Positions 25,724 through 30,250 of a DNA stretch of 30,250 nucleotides are shown here, in pieces. The notes beneath the pieces are model-generated. The model ran no database searches. It was not told the DNA's origin and saw only the letters and a program-made list of their open reading frames with translations. Source of the stretch: a virus (Duplodnaviria; Caudoviricetes). Position 1 is the stretch's first letter; every line of letters begins with the position of its first letter. The position numbers and the translations under genes were made by a program. Where the stretch lies: IMG/VR virus record IMGVR_UViG_3300026511_000017, positions 1-30,250 of that record; one strand, written 5' to 3'.

Positions 25724-26252
25724 CTATATCTGTTTTCATTAGTTGTTCGATTGTTTTCCATTGTTCTGTCTCTATCCAGCGTTCCATGCCCATGTGTATT
25801 TGTGCATTGTTAACCGCCCATTCAAGACAACTCATTACTTTTGTATGTAAGGCACGTTTAGGTGCTATACTCTTCTTGTAAAAAGTCCGTGTTTTCATTG
25901 TAGCGTTTCTGCCCGGTAGTTTTTTACCGTTAATGTAAATTTGTAATGGATACGCTTCGAAAAACTCATCATATGCAGTTGATATATCTGTATTATACAG
26001 CTCTTTGATAAATTTATTTGTCACAGTGTAGTTGTCTGCCCATGAGGTATCACTACCTCCCTCGTTAATTAAATACCCCCTGTTCTCTAAATCTTCTAAA
26101 CTACTTAATTCAAAGCCACCATTCTCATTTACATACTTGTATAATGAGGCAAAGTCGTTTTCATAAATAATATAAAGAAATAAGAACTGATCTGGACTAA
26201 TATTGTGTTTACACAAATAGTCTACATACTGTTGCGGAGTGTTTAATAGCAT
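25689..26252 (-). CDS. Putative replication initiator / helicase-loader-like protein
   Basis: N-terminal winged-helix-like segment (LEDLENRGYL) and C-terminal YDEFFEAYP...MERWIETEQW, reminiscent of phage replication proteins; overlaps the dnaB start. Confidence 0.45.
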   Translation of the reverse strand: MLLNTPQQYVDYLCKHNISPDQFLFLYIIYENDFASLYKYVNENGGFELSSLEDLENRGYLINEGGSDTSWADNYTVTNKFIKELYNTDISTAYDEFFEAYPLQIYINGKKLPGRNATMKTRTFYKKSIAPKRALHTKVMSCLEWAVNNAQIHMGMERWIETEQWKTIEQLMKTDIDGFESPNDKVY

Positions 26253-26253
26253 A

Positions 26254-27489
26254 CTATATAACGTTTAAATATTCTAGAGAAGCTTTACTCAATGCTTCTT
26301 TAATTTGTTTAACTGAACTAACGTGAGTAGCGTTAATTGTCTTCTTCTGTCTCTGTCTTAACCACTTTTCATCCTGTGTATCTGTTATGTATAGATTTAT
26401 CATTAAACCAGTTTTGCCTGGAGCCCAACGAATAGCTCTACCTGTACGCTGTAGATCTTGTCTAGACGTTGAGGTACCGCTGCATACTATAGCCATAGAT
26501 ACACCTTGAATGTCAAATCCCTCGTCTAATGCACGAGCTGTTGATATAACCTTGATGTCACTCTTAGGATCTTTGAAGTTCTCAATTGCCATCTGTTTAG
26601 CATAAGGCTTCATCTTAGAATGATAAGAAACCGCCCAAGGTTGCAACGTTTTTGTAAGCTCGTTAGCAAATTTTACAGTCTCAGAGAATGTAATTGTCGG
26701 GACGTCAAAGGTATCGATTAATTCCTTCGCAGCCAAAAACTTAGACGGATGGTTGTATAAAAAAGTCTTACGATTACGCATATTTTTAGACCATTGTACT
26801 GCAGCTGCCATGATACCATTTACATCATATCCTGTCTTTGCTGCGTAGTGCTGTCTATACTCCTGCGATTGTAAACATTTCATTGCAGCTTGAAAATTGA
26901 AGTCAAACCACTTAAAATACTTATTAAATCCGTCGTGTAATTTTTCATACGTGTACCTATCTTTGTCGTTCAGCTCTATTCCGAGGTTATACACCTTAAA
27001 ATTGGATACATAACCATTAGCAAGAGCTTCTTTCATACTCACAGTATCTATAACAGGACAATACTGCTCTATAATGTAGTGTTTCTTGTCACTACGTTCT
27101 AAAGTTGCTGTTAATCCTAGTATATAATGATAGTGTACATTAGAAAAGATAGTCTTAAATACGTCAGAGGCGTAGTTATGAACCTCGTCAAGAACTAACA
27201 AGTCTACAGAGCTCATGCCTTTAACACCAGTATTGATTACTTGTATCTTAACATTCTTAAGCTCTAAGCTTGTTGTTACCTCTTTCCATTGTTCATATAG
27301 GTATCTGGTTGGAACTACAACTAGTGTAGTATTATCAGGTAGTTTCTTATTCATATCTTGTATGATAAGACACGCTACATAGGTTTTCCCAAAGCCTGTT
27401 ACAGCTTCGAGAGTACCTTTGTATCCTGATTGTTTCCAAACATCAACCACACGTCTCTGTCGTGCAAGTTTCTTTGGATCTATTTTCAT
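26254..27489 (-). CDS. Superfamily 2 DExH helicase (XPB/UvsW-like)
   Basis: Motifs AVTGFGKT, LVVVPT, LDEVH, GLTAT, LDEGFDI and QRTGRAIR. Confidence 0.92.
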   Translation of the reverse strand: MKIDPKKLARQRRVVDVWKQSGYKGTLEAVTGFGKTYVACLIIQDMNKKLPDNTTLVVVPTRYLYEQWKEVTTSLELKNVKIQVINTGVKGMSSVDLLVLDEVHNYASDVFKTIFSNVHYHYILGLTATLERSDKKHYIIEQYCPVIDTVSMKEALANGYVSNFKVYNLGIELNDKDRYTYEKLHDGFNKYFKWFDFNFQAAMKCLQSQEYRQHYAAKTGYDVNGIMAAAVQWSKNMRNRKTFLYNHPSKFLAAKELIDTFDVPTITFSETVKFANELTKTLQPWAVSYHSKMKPYAKQMAIENFKDPKSDIKVISTARALDEGFDIQGVSMAIVCSGTSTSRQDLQRTGRAIRWAPGKTGLMINLYITDTQDEKWLRQRQKKTINATHVSSVKQIKEALSKASLEYLNVI

Positions 27490-28205
27490 ATAGTTATATA
27501 GTTTTTGAAATAATCATGCACCTTGTGATAGTCTTTAAACTCATTCAGCGGATGTGAACGTTTTAAAGCCTCGGTTACATTATTATACAGGTTCCAAGAG
27601 TTAAAAGACTCGGTGTCTTCTTTCATAGAAAAATGTACAGAATCAGTAATCTCACTCTTAACTACTGATGCTTGTGTAGGTGTTAGTATACTATCACGTA
27701 CGTAAAGCTCACCTAGCATGTGTGATACTTCTGTCATTCCATCTAATCTATGCTCTTTAAAATCATTTATATCTTTGTTAATCTCTCCAAAGGTCTTTCT
27801 TAATGACCCTAGAGTAACATGTATCATTTGATCTAAGTGGTCCATTACTTTAGAACGATGTACTTTAGCTGCTGTAGCTTCTCCTGATATCATACCATTC
27901 ATACAAATCATTACTCTTGCACCACATGCAATTCCTACACGTCGTGTCTTGTTGTATGAATTTATAATACCTATCATAGGCTTTACAGGTAAGTTAGATT
28001 TAGTTGCTAGAGTATAATATGCAATAACAACATCGTTATTCATTGCACCTCTATAACTTATATCATCTACCTCCCAGTTGTTACGTGCTATCTCAGATTC
28101 TACACGTTCAAATAATGTTTCATGTGCTACAGGTCCATAAGTATTAGTAGCTTGCGGTACCGGCTGTGCTAGTACTGCATTTCTTGTTGTTTTAAATCCA
28201 TTCAT
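27486..28205 (-). CDS. DUF932-like protein
   Basis: IINSYNKT...RVMICMNGMI...H and SWNLYNNVTEALK fit the DUF932 pattern (NSHDG...R.VC.NG...W..YNAVT). ATGA overlap with the helicase start. Confidence 0.7.
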   Translation of the reverse strand: MNGFKTTRNAVLAQPVPQATNTYGPVAHETLFERVESEIARNNWEVDDISYRGAMNNDVVIAYYTLATKSNLPVKPMIGIINSYNKTRRVGIACGARVMICMNGMISGEATAAKVHRSKVMDHLDQMIHVTLGSLRKTFGEINKDINDFKEHRLDGMTEVSHMLGELYVRDSILTPTQASVVKSEITDSVHFSMKEDTESFNSWNLYNNVTEALKRSHPLNEFKDYHKVHDYFKNYITI

Positions 28206-28208
28206 AGT

Positions 28209-28808
28209 TTACCAAATTTGAAAGCCGCCTGATCCATAACAGAAGTTAGCGAATTCTTTAATATTATCGGTGCTAAAAGGGTAGCTACCTGCCCATTGTT
28301 TCTGTTCCCACAAACTATCCCAGTCTTCTTTAAAACTTTCTGGATAGTTAGCAGGTACAATAGAATCATCCCCTGTCTCTGCAACAACTACTTCATGTAG
28401 TATTTTACGTGCTTCTTCAAGTTCATTGTTACGTATTTGAGCTAACTCATACTCTTTCATATGTGCTTGTTCATGTTCTGCAGTATGTCCAGAGTCTATA
28501 AGCTTGTGTAATTGAGTTGCTAATTCAATAGATTGTTCGTCATTGACTTCAGCACCACTGTTACTGCCTCCCTCATATTGTTGCTCTGATGTAAGAACAT
28601 CTGTGTAAGTACATACATAAGTCCATAAAGGTCTCCACCACCACACGTTATTTCTAAAGTAATGTCCTGGTACATTTCTTTCGTAGTGTTCCATTCTATT
28701 AAAATACTCTTCCTTTTGCTCATCTGTAACGTCTTTAGAGAAATCAAGCTCTGGTTTAACTAAATGTTGAGGGTTGTGTGGTTTAATTCCGTAAATATCA
28801 AATCCCAT
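28209..28808 (-). CDS. Phage hypothetical protein (MGFD...YFRNNVWWWRPLW)
   Basis: 199-aa ORF with an A-rich start context, tightly packed between polA and the DUF932-like gene. Confidence 0.8.
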   Translation of the reverse strand: MGFDIYGIKPHNPQHLVKPELDFSKDVTDEQKEEYFNRMEHYERNVPGHYFRNNVWWWRPLWTYVCTYTDVLTSEQQYEGGSNSGAEVNDEQSIELATQLHKLIDSGHTAEHEQAHMKEYELAQIRNNELEEARKILHEVVVAETGDDSIVPANYPESFKEDWDSLWEQKQWAGSYPFSTDNIKEFANFCYGSGGFQIW

Positions 28809-28830
28809 TGTTTATTGTTTTAAAATGTTA

Positions 28831-30250
28831 TTATTTTTCCCACGCTAGTGAGATGTTAGTATCGCTTTTTAATAGACCGTTGTCTATAATGTGTAAAGCT
28901 GCTTCTTCCATTGTATTCTTTAAAATACCAGACCATTCTTCAGCAAATCCTTCGTGAGATACTGTGTCTATCTGATCGTGAACAGTCATTACAAGTCTTA
29001 CAGGATAGTTGTTAAGAGCTATTACCTCTCTTACTTTTATAAGAGCTAGCTTAGTCATATCTGCACCTGTACCTTGTATTGGTGTGTTCTTGGAAGCACG
29101 TTCAATAGAACCAAGAATAGCAAAATCTCTTTTGTTGTTCTCCCATTCTTCGAACCATCTTATCCTGCGATAAGGTTTAAACGTTCTGATGTAACCATTG
29201 TCTTTACCGAAGTTACCCAGCTGTGTAAGAAACTTTTTAATAGATGGAAACACAGTAAAATACTTGTCTATCATCTCTTTAGCTTCTTCCACTGTAATCT
29301 GCAATGTATCGGCAAGTTTAAACTCTGACATACCATAGGCAAGACCGAAGTTAATTGCTTTTACAGCAGTACGTAGACGTTTACGTTCTTTATCATCTCC
29401 TTCTGCATCACGCCATACTTGACCAAATATTAAGTCAGCACATATGGAATGCAAGTCTTTCCCTTCTTTAAGTGCATCAAGCCATACTGGATCCTGTGAT
29501 CCGTAGGCAATAATACATAGTTCTTGCGAAGAAAAATCGGATGATACAAACACCCAGCTTTTGTGTCCAGGAGTAAAGGCATTTCTATACGAGTTGGAGG
29601 CAGGTATCTGTTGCATGTTAGGTTTAGACGAACTAACTCGACCCGTATTAAGTATTTGTTTGAAGTTTGTGTGGACACATCCATCGTTATGTAGATACTT
29701 ATAGAAATCAGGACCATAGGCGTTGTAAAGTTTTGCTTTTTCTTTATATTTAATGTACTTACTTATAATAGGATGATCTTCAGTGTGCATTAACAGTAAC
29801 TTACCGTTAACACTCTCTAATAGAGGTGATACAGTTCGAAATAAATCAAGTACTTGTGCTGGTGAAGACCATAGTATATCTGTTTTACGTATCTCCTCAA
29901 TAGGCTTAAACATATCCATCTGTAAAAAAGGTAGCTTATGCTTTTTAAAAGTAGGATCATGTTCAATAAACATATCTAATTCTTCTATTGCATTGTCAAG
30001 ATCTATTTTAACAGTGTTATAATTCTCTTCCCACTTGTCTTTGTCAAGATAAATACCGTTGTATTCTATGTCAGCAAATGCTAATGCTGCATCATTCTCC
30101 AATTGAACTACCTCTTCAAGCTGTAAATCTTTGATGCTCTCTAGTTGTAGTTCTCTAAGCTTGATTAGATTAGACGTGTCATCAATACCATAGAACAACT
30201 GCGCTTTACTAAACGTACCTTTGTGTCCTATGAACGATGATCTTGTTTTC
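28831..30250 (-). CDS. polA: Family A DNA polymerase with 3'-5' exonuclease (5'-partial)
   Basis: Frame is open to the window end (KTRSSFIGHKGTFSKAQLFYGIDD, ExoIII YxxxD). Also TGRVSSSKPNMQQIP, motif A SDFSSQEL, motif B RTAVKAINFGLAYG, NTPIQGTGAD and motif C VHDQ. Confidence 0.96.
   Translation of the reverse strand, partial: KTRSSFIGHKGTFSKAQLFYGIDDTSNLIKLRELQLESIKDLQLEEVVQLENDAALAFADIEYNGIYLDKDKWEENYNTVKIDLDNAIEELDMFIEHDPTFKKHKLPFLQMDMFKPIEEIRKTDILWSSPAQVLDLFRTVSPLLESVNGKLLLMHTEDHPIISKYIKYKEKAKLYNAYGPDFYKYLHNDGCVHTNFKQILNTGRVSSSKPNMQQIPASNSYRNAFTPGHKSWVFVSSDFSSQELCIIAYGSQDPVWLDALKEGKDLHSICADLIFGQVWRDAEGDDKERKRLRTAVKAINFGLAYGMSEFKLADTLQITVEEAKEMIDKYFTVFPSIKKFLTQLGNFGKDNGYIRTFKPYRRIRWFEEWENNKRDFAILGSIERASKNTPIQGTGADMTKLALIKVREVIALNNYPVRLVMTVHDQIDTVSHEGFAEEWSGILKNTMEEAALHIIDNGLLKSDTNISLAWEK

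Noticed and set aside
14113-30022. Short plus-strand ORFs and nested minus-strand ORFs (e.g. 28202-28387, 28520-28747, 29430-29717) over the replication genes
   Set aside because: They lie essentially within well-supported genes and show no recognisable motifs.
1-30250. Stop-codon reassignment (TAG or TGA), known in some crAss-like phages
   Set aside because: Genes are intact under code 11, the 13-kb ORF has no internal TAG/TGA, and TAA, TAG and TGA all end genes at sensible boundaries.
24761-30250. Introns or inteins in polA, helicases or RNAP (common in some crAss-like clades)
   Set aside because: Motif spacing is compact and continuous; no homing endonuclease or intein splice motifs were seen.

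Overview
AT-rich, gene-dense segment of a dsDNA bacteriophage genome, most consistent with a crAss-like (Crassvirales-related) phage of a Bacteroidota host. Support: a giant virion-type two-barrel RNA polymerase protein, crAss-style primase motifs, A-rich start contexts without Shine-Dalgarno sequences, and TAnnTTTG-like promoters. Two gene blocks converge at a terminator near 13.4 kb. The + strand (1-13377) is one ORF of >4458 aa, already open at the window start. It contains membrane-type helices, an RNAP core (RIPTQ...GSDYDLDK), a zincin-like domain and a probable degenerate ASCH domain. The - strand (13414-30250) is a replication/recombination/repair block. In transcription order it encodes PolA (N-terminus beyond the window end), a hypothetical protein, DUF932-like, SF2 helicase, initiator-like protein, DnaB-like helicase, Sak4-like ATPase, SSB-like protein, primase, RusA, NinB-like, Zn ribbon, rIIA/rIIB, Fis-like HTH, spore photoproduct lyase-like radical SAM enzyme, a 41-aa Cys4 peptide, RecE-like nuclease, a stand-alone DnaA domain IV and an N-terminally extended uracil-DNA glycosylase. 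The most notable items are (i) an SP-lyase cassette preceded by a GC-rich branched, tRNA-like RNA element, (ii) the fused giant RNAP polyprotein and (iii) a UDG with a poxvirus-like HPAA loop. All calls come from motif recognition by eye; no database searches were run.
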